This document shows positions 18,107 to 38,500 of a DNA stretch of 64,000 nucleotides, one piece after another. The stretch's first letter is position 1. Each line of letters starts with the position of its first letter. The notes below the pieces were generated by a model, which saw nothing but the letters and a program-made list of their open reading frames with translations, was not told the origin of the DNA and made no database searches. Source of the DNA: the human T2T-CHM13v2.0 reference genome, Homo sapiens; NCBI RefSeq assembly GCF_009914755.1, contig NC_060946.1. One strand, written 5' to 3'. The translations under genes and the position numbers were made by a program.

Positions 18107-21100
18107 ACACATCTCTGAACGGATCCACAAAGTGATGTAACTCTTGTCTAGGCTCCGCCTACAGTGGCTTTGTGACATATCTCTGCACTGCTCACCCAGG
18201 TGATGGGACTTCTGTCTAGGCTCTGCCTACAGGGACATTGTGACATATATCTACACTGATCACAAAGTTGATGTAACCCTTGTGTTGGATCTGCCTATGG
18301 GGGCATTTTGACATATCTCTGCACTGATCACCCAGGTGATGGGACTTTAGTCTAGGCAATGCCTATGGGACATTGTGACATACCTCTACAATGATCACCC
18401 AGGTGATGTAACTCTCATGTTGGATCTGCCTATGGGGACGTTGTGACATATATCCGCACTGATCTCCCAGGTAATGGTACTCTTGTCTAGGTTCTATGTA
18501 TGGGGGCTTTGTGACATATCTCTTCAGTAATCACCCAGGTGATGGGACTTTTCTCTAGGCTCTGCCTCCTGGGGGCATTGTCACATATTTCTGCACTGAT
18601 CACCCAGGTGGTGGACTCTTGTCTTGGATTTCCCTATGGGGGCATTGTGACATATCTCTGCACTGATCACCCAGGTGATGTATCTCTGCTCTAAGCTCTG
18701 CCTAAAGGGGCATTGTGACAGATCTCTGCACTGATCACTCAGGTGATGTCACTACTTTCTCGGCTCTGCTTAAAGGGGCCTTGTCACATATATCTGCACT
18801 GATCACCCAGGTGATGTAACTCTTGTCTAGGCTCTGAATACAGGGGATATTGTGACATATATCTGCACTGATCACCTAAGTGATATAACACTTGTGTAGG
18901 CTCTGCCTACAGTGGCATTTTGACATATCACTGCACTGTTAACCGAGGTGATGTAACTCTTGTCTAGGCTGTGCCCACAGAGGGATTGAGACATATCTCT
19001 GCACTGATCCCGAGGTGATCCAACTCTTGCCTGGTCTCTGCCTACTGGGGACATTGTGACATATATCTGCACTGATCTCCCAGGTGCTGTAACTTCTGTC
19101 TAGGCTCTGGCTACACGGCATTGTGACATATCACTGCACTGATCACCCAGTTGATATAACTCTTTTCTAGGCTCTGCCTACAGAGGGCTTGTGACATATC
19201 ACTGCACTGATCACCCAGGTGATATAACTCTTCCCTAGGATCTGCCTACAGGGTGCTTTGTGACATATCCCTGCAATGATCACCCAGGTGATGTACCACT
19301 TGTCAAGGCTCTGCCTACTGGGATATTGCGAAGTATCTCTGCATTGATCACCTAGGTCATGTAACTCTTGTCTAGGCTCTGCCTACAGTGGCGTTGTGAC
19401 ATATCTCTGCACTGATCATCCAAGTGATGTAACTCTTGTCTAGGATCTGCCTAAAGGGACTTTGTGACATAACTCTGCACTGATCATCCAGGTGATGGGG
19501 CTTTTGTCTAGGATCTGCCTAAGGGGGCATTGTGACATATTTCCGCACTGATCACCCAGGTGAGGGACTCTTGTCTTGGATCTGCCTATGGGGGCACTGT
19601 GACATATCTCTGCACTGATCACCCAGGTGATGTAAGTGTTGTATAAGCTCTGCCTACAGGGGAATTGTGAGAGATCTCGCCACTGATCACCCAAGTGATG
19701 TAACGATAGTCTAGGCTTTGCCTACAGGGGGCTTTGAGGCATTCTTTTGCACTGATCACCCTGGTGATGTAACTCATCTAAGTTCTGCCTACAGGAGCTT
19801 TGTGACATATCTCTGCAGTGATCACTTAGGTGATGTAACACTTTTATAAGCAGTGCCTACAGGGAATTTTGACAAATCTCTGCACTGATCACCTAGGTGA
19901 CGTAAGTCTTGTCTAACCTCTGCCCAAAGGGGGCATTGTGAAATATCTCTGCACTGATCACCCAGGTGATTCAACTCTTGTCTAGGATCTGCCTACAGGG
20001 GGTATTGTGAAATATCTCTGCACTGATCAACTTGGTGATGTAACCCTTGTCTAGACTGTGCCTAGAGGGGCGTTTTCACATATCCCTGAACTGATGACAA
20101 AGGTGATGTAACTCTTGCCTAGGCTTTACCTACAGGGCACATTGTGACATATCTCTGCACTGATCACCCAGGTGATGCAACTCTTCTCTATGCTCGGCCT
20201 ACAGGGGACATTGGGACATATCTCTGCACTGAACATGCAGGTGATGCAACTCTTCTCTATGCTCTGCCTACAGGGGTCATTGTGACATATCTCTGCACTG
20301 ATCACCCAGGTGGTGTAACACTTTCCTAGTCTCTAACTAAGGAGGGCGTTGTGACATCACACTGCACGGATCACCCGGGTTATGTAACTCTTGTCTAGGC
20401 TCTGCCTATGGGGGCATTGTGACTTAGCTCTGCACTGATCACCCAGGAGATGGGACTCTAGTCTAAGCTCTGCCTAGAGGGACATTGGGACACATCTCTG
20501 CACTGATCGCTGAGGTGATTGAAAACATATCTAGGCTTTGCCTATAGTGGGATTTATGACATATCTCTGCACTGATCACCCAGGTGATGTAACTCTTGTC
20601 TAGGCTCTGCTTACAGGGGATGTTGTGAGATATCTCTGCACTGATCACCCAGGTGATGTAACTCTTGTCGAGGCTCTGCCTACAGGAGCATTTTAACATA
20701 TCACTGTACTGATCACCGAGATGATGTAATTCTTGCATAGGCTTCGCTGACAGGGGACATTGAGACATATCTCTGCACTGATCACCAAGGTGATGCAACT
20801 CTTCTCTGGGATCTGCTTACAGGGGACATTGTGACATATCTCTGCCCTGATCACCCAGGTGATGTAACTCTTTTCTAGGCTCTGCTTACTGGAGGCATTG
20901 TGACATATCTCTGCACTAATCACCCAAGTGATGTCACTTTTTTCAAGGATATGGCTGCAGGGACATTGTGACATGTCACTGCCCTGATCACACAGCTGAT
21001 GTAACACTTGTCTAGGCTCTGGCTACAGGGGACTTGTGACACATCTCTGCACTGATCACCCAGGTGATGTAACCCTTGTCTAGGCTCTGCCAAAAGGGGG

Positions 21101-24100
21101 CATTGTGACATAACTCTGTGCTGATCACCCAGGTGATGGGAATCTTGTCTAGGCTCTGCCTACAGGGGCATTGTGACATATCTCTGCAGTGATAACGCAG
21201 GTGATGTAACTCTTGTCTATATCTGCCTACTGGCGGCATTGTGGCATATTTCTGCACTGATCACCCAGGTGATGGATTCTTGTCTTGGATCTGCCTGTGG
21301 GGCCATAGTGACTTATCTCAGCACTGATTACTCATGTGATATAACGCTCGTCTAAGTGGCGCCGAAAGGGGAATTGTGACAGATATCACCACTGATCACC
21401 CAGGAGATGTAACAAATTTCTGGGATTTGTCTACAGGGGACTTTGTGACATATCGTTGCACTGATCACCCAGGATATGTAAGTCTTGTCTAGGCTCAGCC
21501 TACGGGGGCTTTGTGACATATTTCTGCACTGATCACCGAGGAGATGTAACTCTTGTTTAGGCTCTGCCTACAGGGGCTTTGTGACATATTTCTGTACTGA
21601 TCACCCAGGTGATGTAACTCTTGTCTAGTTTCCACCTACTGGAGGTATTGTGACCTATCTCTGCACTGATCACCCAGGCGATGTAACTCTTATCTAGACT
21701 CCATCTACTGGGTTTATTGTGACGTATCTCTGCACTGATCACCCAGGTGATGTAACATTTATCTAGGCTCTGCCTACTGGGGCGTTTTGACATACCTCTG
21801 CACAGATCATCAAGTTATGTAACTCTTATCCACTCTCTGCCTACAGGGGGCATTGTGAAATATCTCTGCACTGATCATCTAGGTGATGTAACTCTTGTCT
21901 AGGCTCTGCCTACAGGGGCGTTTTCACATATCCCTGAACTGACGACAAAGGTGATGTAACTCTTGCCTAGGCTTTGCCTACAGGGGACATTGTGACATAT
22001 CTCTGCACTGACCACCCAAGAGATGCAACTCTTCTCTATACTCTGCCTACAGGGGGCATGGTGACATATCTCTGCACTGATCACCCAGGTGATGTAACTC
22101 TTTTCTTGTCTCTGCCTACAACGTGCGTTGTGACATCACTCTGCACGGATGACCCGGGTTATGTAACTCTTGTCTAGTATCTGCCTATGGGGGCATTGTG
22201 ACTTATCTCTACACTGATCACCCAGGAGATGTGACTCTTGTCTAAGCTCTGCCTAGAGGGACATTGGAACATATCTCTGCACTGATCGCTGAAGTGATGT
22301 AAAACTTGTCTAAGCTTTGCCTACATTGGGATTTATGACATATCTCTGCACTGATCACCCAGGAGATGTAACTCTTGTCTAGGCTCTGCTTACAGGGGTA
22401 TTGTGAGATATTTCTGCACTGATCACCCAGGTGATGTAACTCTTTTCTAGGCTCTGCCTACAAGGGCATTTTAACAATTTTAACATATCACTGCACTGAT
22501 CACCGAGATGATGTAACTCTAGTGTAGGCTTCGCCAACAGGGGACATTGAGACATATCTCTGCACTGATCACAGAGGTGATGCAACTCTTGTCTGGGATC
22601 TGCTTACAGGGGGCAATGTGACATATCTCTGCCCTGATCAACCAGGTGATGTAACTTTGGTCTAGGCTCTGCCTACTGGAGACATTGAGACATACCTATG
22701 CACTGATCACCCAGGTGATGTCACTTTTGTCAAGGTTATGGCTACAGGGACATTTGACATGTCACTGCACTGATCATACAGCTGATGTAACTCTTGTCTG
22801 GGCTCTGGCTACAGGGGGCTTGTGACATCTCTGCAGTGATCACGCAGGTGATGTAACTCTTGTGTATATCTGCCTACTGGTGGCATTGTGGCATATTTCT
22901 GCAGTGATCACCCTGGTGATGGACTCTTGTCTTGGATCTGCCTATGGGGCCATAGTGACATATGTCTGCACTGATCATTCATGTGATGTAACGCTTTTCT
23001 AAGCTGCGCCTAAAGGGGAATTGTGACAGATATCTCCACTGATCACCCAGGTGATGTAACAATTTTCTCGGATTTGCCTACAGGGGACTTTGTGACATAT
23101 CTTTGCACTGATCCCCCAGGAGATGTAACTCTTTTCTAGGCTCTGCCTGCAGGGGATTTGTGACATATTTCTGCACTGATCACCCAGGTGATATAACTCT
23201 TTTTTAGGCTCTGCCTACAGGGGCTTTGTGACATATTTCTGTACTGATCACCCAGGTGATGTAACTATTGTCTAGGCTCCACCTACTGGGGGTATTGTGA
23301 CGTATCTCTGCACTGATCACCCAGGTGATTTAACATTTATTTAGGCTCTGCCTACAGGAGTGTTTTGACATAGCTCTGCGCAAATCAACTAGGTTATGTA
23401 ACTCTTGTCCATTCTCTGCCTACAGGGGGCATTGTGAAATATCCCCTCACTGATCACCCAGGTGATGGGACCCTTCTCTATAGTCTACCTAGAGGGGGAT
23501 TTGTGACATATCTCTGCAATGATCACCCAGGTGATGGAAGTCTTCTCTAGGATCTGTCTATGGGGGCATTGTGTCAAATATCTGCACTGATCACCCAGAT
23601 GATGTAATTCTCTTCTAGGCTCTGTCTACAGGGATTTTTTTGACATATCACTGCACTGATCACCTAGGTGATGTAATCCTTGTATGGGCTTTGCGTACAG
23701 TAGGCTTTGTGACGTATCTATGCACTGATCTCTTAGGTGATGCAACCCTTGTCTAGGCAGTGCCTACAGGGGACATTGGTACATATCTCTGCACTGATCA
23801 CCCAGGTGATGGACCCTTGTCTTAGGTGTGCCTACATAGACATTGTGACACCTCTCTGAACTGATCAAAAAAGTGATGAAACTCTTGTCTAGGCTCTGCC
23901 TACAGGGGCTTTGTGACACATCTCTGCACTGATCACCCTGGGGAGGGAACTCTCGTGTACGCTCTGCCTACAGGAGGCTTTATGACTTATACCTGCACTG
24001 ATAACCTAGGTGATGTAATACTTGTCTAAGCTCTGCCTACAAGGGAATTCTCACATATCTCTCTACTGATCACCCAGGTGATGTATCTCCTGTCTAGGTT

Positions 24101-25126
24101 CAGCCTACAGGAGCGTTTTGAAATATCTCTGCACTGATCACCCAGGTGGTGTAACCGTTTTCTAAGCTCTGCCTACAGGGGCATTGTGACAGATCTCTCC
24201 ACTGCTTGCCCAGGTGATGTAACAATTGTCTGTGCTTTGCCTACAGGTGGCTTTGTGATATACATTTCCACTGATTAAACAGGTGATGTAACCCTTGTCA
24301 AGGTTCTGCTTACAGGGGCTTTGTGACACATCTCTGCACTGATCACCCTGGGGAGGGAACTCTTGTGTACGCTCTGCCTACAGGAGGCTTTATGACTTAT
24401 ACCTGCACTGATAACCTAGGTGATGTAATACTTGTCTAAGCTCTGCCTACAAGGGAATTCTCACATATCTCTCTACTGATCACCCAGGTGATGTATCTCC
24501 TGTCTAGGTTCAGCCTACAGGAGCGTTTTGAAATATCTCTGCACTGATCACCCAGGTGGTGTAACCCTTTTCTAAGCTCTGCCTACAGGGGCATTGTGAC
24601 AGATCTCTCCACTGCTCGCCCAGGTGATGTAACAATTGTCTGTGCTTTGCCTACAGGTGGCTTTGTGATATACATTTCCACTGATTAAACAGGTGATGTA
24701 ACCCTTGTCAAGGTTCTGCTTACAGGGGCTTTGTGACATGTCTCTGCACTGATCACCCCAGGGAGGAAACACTTGACTACACTCTGCCTACAGGAGTCTT
24801 TATGACTTATCCCTGCACTGATCACTAAGTGATGTAACACTTGTCTAGGCTCTGTCTACACGGGAATTTTCACATATCTATACACTGATCACCTAAGTGA
24901 TGAAACCATTGTCTAGGTTCAGCCTACTGGGGATTTCTGACATAACTATTCACTGATCACTGAGGTGATGTAAATCATTTCCAGGCTTTATGTACAGGGG
25001 ACATTGTGATATATCTCTGCACTGATCACCCTAATGATGCAAAACTTCTCTAGACTCTGCAGGGAGGGGTCATTGTGACATATTTCTGAACTGATCATCC
25101 AGGAGATGTAACTATTCTCCAGGGTT
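18107..25126 (-). repeat. Beta satellite array 3 (contains a young 410-bp tandem duplication)
   Basis: 68-bp monomers. Confidence 0.96.
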
Positions 25127-27905
<2,779 letters not shown>

Positions 27906-30900
27906 ACACATCTCTGAACTGATCAACAAAGTGATGTAACACTTGTCTAGGATCTGCCTACAGGGGTTTTGTGACATATCTCTGCACTGATCACCCAGGT
28001 GATGGGACATTTGTATAGGCTCTGCCTATGGGGGCATTGTGACATATCTCTACACTGATCACCCAGGTGATGTAACTCTTGTGTTGGATCTGCCTATGGG
28101 GGCATTGTGACATATTTGTTCACTGATAACCCAGGTGATGGGACTATCGTCTAGGCTCTGTATGAGGGCTTTGGGTAACGCTTGACTAAGCTCTGCCTTC
28201 GGGGCATAGTGACATATCACTGCATTGCTCACCGAGGTGATGTAACTCTTTTCCAGGCTCTGCCTATAGGGGGCCTTGTGACATATCTCTGCACTGATCA
28301 TCTAGGTGATGTAACACTTGCATACGCTCTTCCTGCAGGGGCATTGTGAATTATTTCTGCACTGATCACCCAGGTGATGTGACTCTTCTCTAGGCTCTGC
28401 CTACTGGGGGCATTGTCACATATTTCTGCCCTGATCACTGAGGTGACGGACTCTTGTCTTGGATTTGCCTATGGGGGCATTGTGACATATCTCTGCACTG
28501 ATCATCCAGGTGATGTAACTCTGGTCTAAGCTCTGCCTAAAGGGGCATTGTGACTGATCTCTGCACTGATCACTCAGGTGATGTAACTATTGTCTAGGCT
28601 CTGCTTAAAGAGACCTTGTCACATATCTCTGCACTGATCACCCAGGTGATGTAACTCTTGTCTAGGCTCTGCATACAGGTGGTATTGTGACATATCACTG
28701 CACTGATCACCTAAATGATGTAACACTTGTGTAGGCTCTGCCTACAGGGGCATTTTGACATATCTCTGCACTGTTAACCCAGGTGATGTAACTCTTGTCT
28801 AGGCTGTAACCACAGTGGGATTGAGACATCTCTGCACTGATCCCGAGGTGATCCAACTATTGCTTGTCTCTGCCTACTAGGGACATTGTGACATATCTCT
28901 GCACTAATCTCCCAGGTGCTGTAACTTTAGTCTAGGCTCTGGCTACACGGCATTGTGAGATATCACTGCACTGATCACCCAGGTGCTGTAACAGTTTTCT
29001 AGGCTCTGCCTACAGGGGTCTTGTGACATATCTCTGCACTGATCACCCTGGTGATATAACTCTTCTCTAGGATCTACCTACAGGGTGCTTTGTGACATAT
29101 CCCTGCAATAATCACCCAGGTCATATACAACTTGTCAAGGCTCTGCCTACAGGGGCATTGCGATGTATCTCTGCACTGATCACCTAGGTTATGTAACACT
29201 TGTGTAGGCTCTGCTACAGTGGCGTTTTCACATATCAATGAACTGATGACAAAGGTGATGGAACTCTTGCCTAGGCTTTGTCTACAGGGGACATTGTGAC
29301 ATATCTCTGCACTGATCACCCAGGTGACGCAACTCTTCTCTATTCTCTGCCTACAGGGGACATTGTGACATATCTCTGCACTGATCACCCAGGTGATGCA
29401 ACTCTTCTCTATGCTCTGCCTAAAGGGGGCATTGTGACATATCTCTGCACTGATCACCCAGGTGATGGGACTCTTCTCTATATTCTGCATAGAGGGGGAT
29501 TTGTGACATATCTGTGCACTGATCACCGAGGTGATGGAAGACTTTTCTAGGCTTTGTCTATGGGGGCATTGTGTCAAACATCTGCACTGATCACCCAGGT
29601 GATGTAACTCTTCTCTATGCTCTGCCTACAGGGGACATTGTGACATATCTCTGCACTGATCACCCAGGTGATGCAACTCTTCTCTATGCTCTGCCTACAG
29701 GGGGCATTGTGACATATCTCTGCACTGATCATCCAGGTGATGTAACTCTTTTCTAGGCTCTGCCTACAGAGGGCGTTGTGACATCACTCTGCACAGATCA
29801 CCTGGGTTATGCAACTCTTGTCTAGGCTCTGCCTACGGGGGCATTGTGACTTAGCTCAGCACTGATTACCCAGGAGATGTGTCTCTTTTCTGAGCTCTGC
29901 CTAGAGGGACATTGGGACATATCTCTGCACTGATTGCTGAGGTGATGTAAAACTTGTCTAGGCTTTTCCTGCAGTGGGATTTATGACATATCTCTGCACT
30001 GATCACCGAGGTGATGCATCTCTTGTCTGGGATCTGCTTACAGGGGGCATTGTGACGTATCTCTGCCCTGATCACTCAGGTGATCTAACTCTTGTCTAGG
30101 CTCTGCCTACTGGAAACATTGTGACATATCTCCGCACTGATCACCGAGGTGATGTCAATTTTCTCAAGGATATGGCTACAGGGATATTGTGACATGTCAC
30201 TGCACTGATCACACAGCTGATGTAACTCTTGTCTAGGCTCTGGCTACAGGGGGCTTGTGACACATCTCTGCACTGATCACCCAGGTGATGTAATCCTTGT
30301 CTAGACTCTGCCAAAATTGGGCAGTGTAACATAACTCTGCACTGATCACCCAGGTGATGGGACTCTTGTCTAGGCTCTGCCTACAGTGGGTACTTTGACG
30401 TATCTCTGCACTGATCACCCAGGTGATGTAACATTTATCTAGGCTCTGCCTACAGGGGCATTTTAACATATCTCTGCACTGATCACCGAGATGATGTAAC
30501 TCTTGTATAGACTTCGCCCTCAGTGGACATTGAGACATACCTCTGCACTGATCACCTAGGTGATGTAACTATTGTCTAGGCTCTGCCTACTAGAGACATT
30601 TTGACATATCTCCCCACTCATCACCCAGGTGATGTCACTTTTGTCAAGCATATGGTTACAGGGGCATTGTGACATGTAAGTGCACTGATCTCACAGCTGA
30701 TGTAACACTTGTCTAGGCTATGGGTACACGGGGTTTGTGACACATCTCTGCACTGATCACCCAGGTGATGTATCAATTCTCTAGTCTCTGCCAAAAGGGG
30801 GCATTGTGACATAAATCTACACTGATCACCCAGGTGATGGGACTCTTGTCTAGGCTCTGCCTATAGGGGTATTGTGACATATCTCTGAAGAGATCACGCA

Positions 30901-32770
30901 GGTGAAGTAACTATTGTCTATACCTGCCTACTGGTGGCTTTGTCACATATTTCTGCACTGATCACCCAGGTGATGGACTCTTGTTTTGGATCTGCCTATG
31001 GGGGCATAGTGACGTATGTCTGCACTGATCACTCATGTGATGTAACCCTTGTCTAAGCTGCGCCTAAAGGAGAATTGTGACAGATCTCTCCACTGATCAC
31101 CCAGGTGATGTAACAATTTTCTGGGATTTGTCTACAGGGGGCTTTGTGACATATCTTTGCACTGATCACCCAGGAGATATAACACTTGTCTAGGCTCTGC
31201 CTACAGGGACATTGTGACATATTTCTGCACTGATCACCCAGGTGACGTAACTCTTGTTTAGGTTCTGCCTTCAGGGGCTTTGTGACATATCTCTCCACAG
31301 ATCACCCATTTGATGTAACTCTTGTCTAGGCTCCACCTATAGGGGGTATTGTGACGTATCTCTGTACTGATCACCCAGGTGATGTAATATTTATCTAGGC
31401 TCTGCCTACTGGGTCGTTTTGACATAGCTCTGCACAGATCACCTAGGTTATGTAACTCTTGTCCACTCTCTCCCTACAGGTGTCATTGTGAAATATCTCT
31501 GCACTGATCACCCAGGTGATGGGACTCTTCTCTATACTCTGACTAGAGGGGGTTTTGTGACATATCTCTGCACTGATCACGCAGGTGATGTAAGTCTTGT
31601 CTAGGCTCTGTCTATGTGGGCATTGTGTTAAATATGTGCACTGATCACCCAGGTGATGTAACTCTTTTCTAGGCTCTGTCTACAGGAATTCTTGTGACAT
31701 AACACTGCACTGATCACCTAGGTGATGTAAGCCTTCTATGGGCTTTGTATACAGAAGGCTTTGTGACATATCTATGCACTGGTATCTGAGGTGATGCAAC
31801 TCTTTTCTAAGCACTGCCTACAAGGGACATTGGTACATATCTGTGCCCTGATCACCCAGCTGATGGACTCTTGTCTTAGATCTGCCTACATGGACATTGT
31901 GACACATCTCTGAACTGATCAACCAAGTGATGAAACTCTTGTCTAGGCTCTGTCTACAGGGGCTTTGTGACACATCCCTGCACTAATCACGGTGGGGAGG
32001 GAACCCTTGTCTAGGCTCTGCCTACAGGTGGCTTTATGACTTATACCTGCACTGATAACCTAGGTGATGTAACACTTGTCTATACTCTGCCTACACAGGA
32101 ATTCTCACATATCTCTTCACTGATCATCCAGGTGATGGAACTCCTGTCTAGGTTCATCCTACAGGAGTGTTTTGACATATCTCTGCACTGATCACCCAGG
32201 TGATGTAACTGTTGTATAAGCTCTGCCTGCAGGGGCATTGTGACAGATCTCTCCACTGCTCACCCAGGTGATTTAACAATTGTCTTGGCTTTGCCTACAG
32301 GGGGCTTTGTGATATACATTTCCCCTGATCAAATAGGTGATGTAACCCTTGTCAGGGTTCTGCTTTCAGGGGCTTTGTGACATATCTCTGCACTGATTAC
32401 CCCAGGGAGGAAATAGTTGTCTACACTCTGCATACAGGAGTCTTTACGACATATCCCTGCACTGATCACTAGGTGATGTAACACTTGTCTATGCTCTGTC
32501 TACACGGGAATTTTCACATATCTCTACACTGATCACCTAAGTGATGTAACGCTTGTCTATTTTCAGCCTACTGGGGATTTCTGACAGAACTATGCATTGA
32601 TCACCGAGGTGATGTAGATCATTTCCAGGCTTTTTGTACAGGGGCCATTGTGATATATCTCTGCACTGATCACCCTAATGATGCAAATCTTCTCTAGGCT
32701 CTGCAGGGATTGCACATTGTGACATATTTCTGAACCGATCATCCAGGATTTGTAACTATTCTCCAGGCTT
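27906..32770 (-). repeat. Beta satellite array 4
   Basis: 68-bp monomers. Confidence 0.96.
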
Positions 32771-35542
<2,772 letters not shown>

Positions 35543-38500
35543 ACACATCTCTGAACTGATCAACAAAGTGATGTAACTCTTGTCTAGGCTCTGCCTACAG
35601 GAGCTTCATGACATATCTCTGCACTGATCAAACAGGTGATGGGACTTTTGCCTAGGCTCTGCCTATGGGGGCATTGTGACATATCTCTACACTGATCACC
35701 CAGGTGATGTCACACTTGTGTTGGATCTGCTTATGGGGGCATTTTGACATATTTCTGCACTGATCACCCAGGTGATGGGACACTTGTCTAGGCTCTGTGT
35801 ATGGGGGCTTTGTGACATATCTCTGCACTGATCACCCAGGTGATGTGACGCTTGACTAGGCTCTGCCTACGGGGCATAGTGACATATCACTGCATTGATC
35901 ACTGAGGTGATGTAATTCTTGTCCAGTCTCTGCCTATAGGGGACCTTGTGACATATCTCTGCACTGATCATCTAGGTGATGTAACTCTTGCTTATGCTCT
36001 GCCTGCAGGGGCATTGTGAAATATCTCTGCACTGATCACCCAGGTGATGGGACCCTTCTCTAGGCTCTGCTAACTGGGGGCATTGTCACACATGTCTGCA
36101 CTGATCACCCAGGTGACGGAATCTTGTCATGGATTTGCCTATGGGGGCATTGTGACAGATCTCTGGACTGATCACCCAGGTGATGTAACTCTTGTATAGG
36201 CTCTATTTACAGGGGGTATCGTGACATATCTCTGTACTGATCACCTAAGTGATGTAACACTTGTTTAGGCTCTGCTACAGGGGCAATTTGACATATATCT
36301 GCACTGTTAACCGAGGTGATGTAACTCTTGTCTAGGCTGTGCCCACAGGGGAATTGAAACATATCTCTGCACTGATCTCGTGGTGATCCAACCCTTGCCT
36401 GGTCTCTGCCTACTGGGGACATTGTGACATATCTCTGCACTGATCTCCCAGGTGCTGTACCTTTAGTCTAGGCTCTGGCTACACGGCATTTTGGCATATC
36501 ACTCCACTGATCTCCCAGATGGTATAACTCTTCTGTAGGTTCTGCCTACATGGTGCTTTGTGACATATCCCTACAATGATCAACCAGGTGACATACCACT
36601 TGTCAAGGCTCTGCTTACAGGGTCATTGTGATGTATCTCTGCACTGATAACCTAGGTCATGTAACTCTTTTCTAGGCTCTGCCTACAGTGGCATTTTGAC
36701 ATATCTCTGCACTGATCACCCAGGTGATGTAACTCTTTTCTAGGATCTGCCTACAGGGTGCTTTGTGACACATCCCTGCAATGATCACCCAGGTGATGTA
36801 CCACTTGTCAAGGCTCGGCCTACAAGGACATTGCGATGTATCTCTGCACTGATCACCTAGGTCATGTAAACCTTGTCTAAGCTCTGCCTACAATGGCATT
36901 GTGACATATTTCTGCACTAATCACCCAAGTGATGTAACTCTTGTCTAGGATCTGCCTAAAGGGACTTTGTGACATAACTCTGCACTGATCATCCAGGTGA
37001 TGGAGTTTTGTCTAGGCTCTGCCTAAGGGGGCATTGTGACATATTTCTGCACTGATCACCCAGGTGACGAACTCTTGTCTTGGATCTGCCTATGGGGGCA
37101 TTGAGACATATCTCTGCACTGATCACCCAGGTGATGTAACTGTTGTATAAGCTCTGCCTACAGGTGAATTGTGAGAGATCTCGCCACTGATCATCCAAGT
37201 GATGTAACGATTGTCTAGGCTTTGCCTACAGGGGGCTTTGTGACATAACTTTGCACTGATCACCTAGGTGATGTAGCACATCTAAGTTCTGCCTGTAGGA
37301 GCTTTGTGACATATCTCTGCATTGATCACTTAGGTGATGTAACACTTTTATAAGCACTGCCTACAGGGAATTTTGACAAATCTCTGCACTGATCACCTAG
37401 GTGATGTAACTCTTGTCTACTCTCTGCCCAAGGGGGCATTGTGAAATATCTCTGCACTGATCAACTAGGTGATGTAACTCTTTTCTAGGCTCTGCCTACA
37501 GGGGCGTTTTCACATATCAGTGAACTGATGACAAAGGTGATGTAACTCTTGCCTACGCTTTGTCTACAGAGGACATTCTGACATATCTCTGCACTGATCA
37601 CCCAGGTGTTGCAACTCTTCTCTATGGTCTGCTTAAAGGAGACGTTGTGACTTTTCTCTGCACTGATCACCCAGGTGATGCAACTCTTCTCTGTGCTCGG
37701 CCTACAGGGGGCATTGTGACATATCTCTGCACTGATCACGCAGGTGATGTAACAATTTTCTAGTCTCTGCCTACAGAGGGCGTTGTGACATCACTCTGCA
37801 CGGATCACCCTGGTTACATAACACTTGTCTAGGATCTGCCAATGGGAGCTTTGTGACATATCTCTACAGTTATCACCCAGGTGATGGGACTCTTGTCTAG
37901 GCTCGGCCTACAGGAGCATTGTGACATATCTCTGCAGTGATCACGCAGGTGAGGTAACTCTTGTCTATATCTGCCTACTGGTGGCATTGTGGCATATTTC
38001 TGCACTGATCTCTCAGGTGATGGACTCTTGTCTTTGATCTGCCTATGGGGGCATAGTGACATATCTCTGCTCTGATCACTCATGTGATGTAATGCTTGTC
38101 TAAGCTGTGCCTAAAGGGGAATTGTGAGAGATATCTCCACTGATCACCCAAGTGATGTAACAATTTTCTGGGATTTGTCTACAGGGGCTTTGTGACATAT
38201 CTTTGCGCTGATCACCCAGGAGATGTAACTCTTTTATAGGCTCGGCTTACAGGGCCTTTGTGACATATTTCTCTACTGATCACCCAGGTGATGTCACTCT
38301 TGTCTATGCTCCACCTACAGGGGGTATTGTGACGTATCTCTACACTGATCACCCAGGTGATGTAACTCTTGTCTAGGCTCCAACTACAGGGGGTATTGTG
38401 ACGTATCTTTGCATTGATCACCCAGGTGGTGTAATATTTATCTATGCTCTGCCTACAGCGCGTTTTGATATAGGTCTGCACAGATCCCCTAGGTTATGTA

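Noticed and set aside
22468-22486. Short ATTTTAACA duplication, and a single-monomer duplication near 52575-52710
   Set aside because: Ordinary slippage or unequal exchange in satellite
29074-29577. Repetitive ORFs of the type SYITWVISAEICHNAPCRQSLDK
   Set aside because: Translations of beta-satellite monomers; frames break at random between copies
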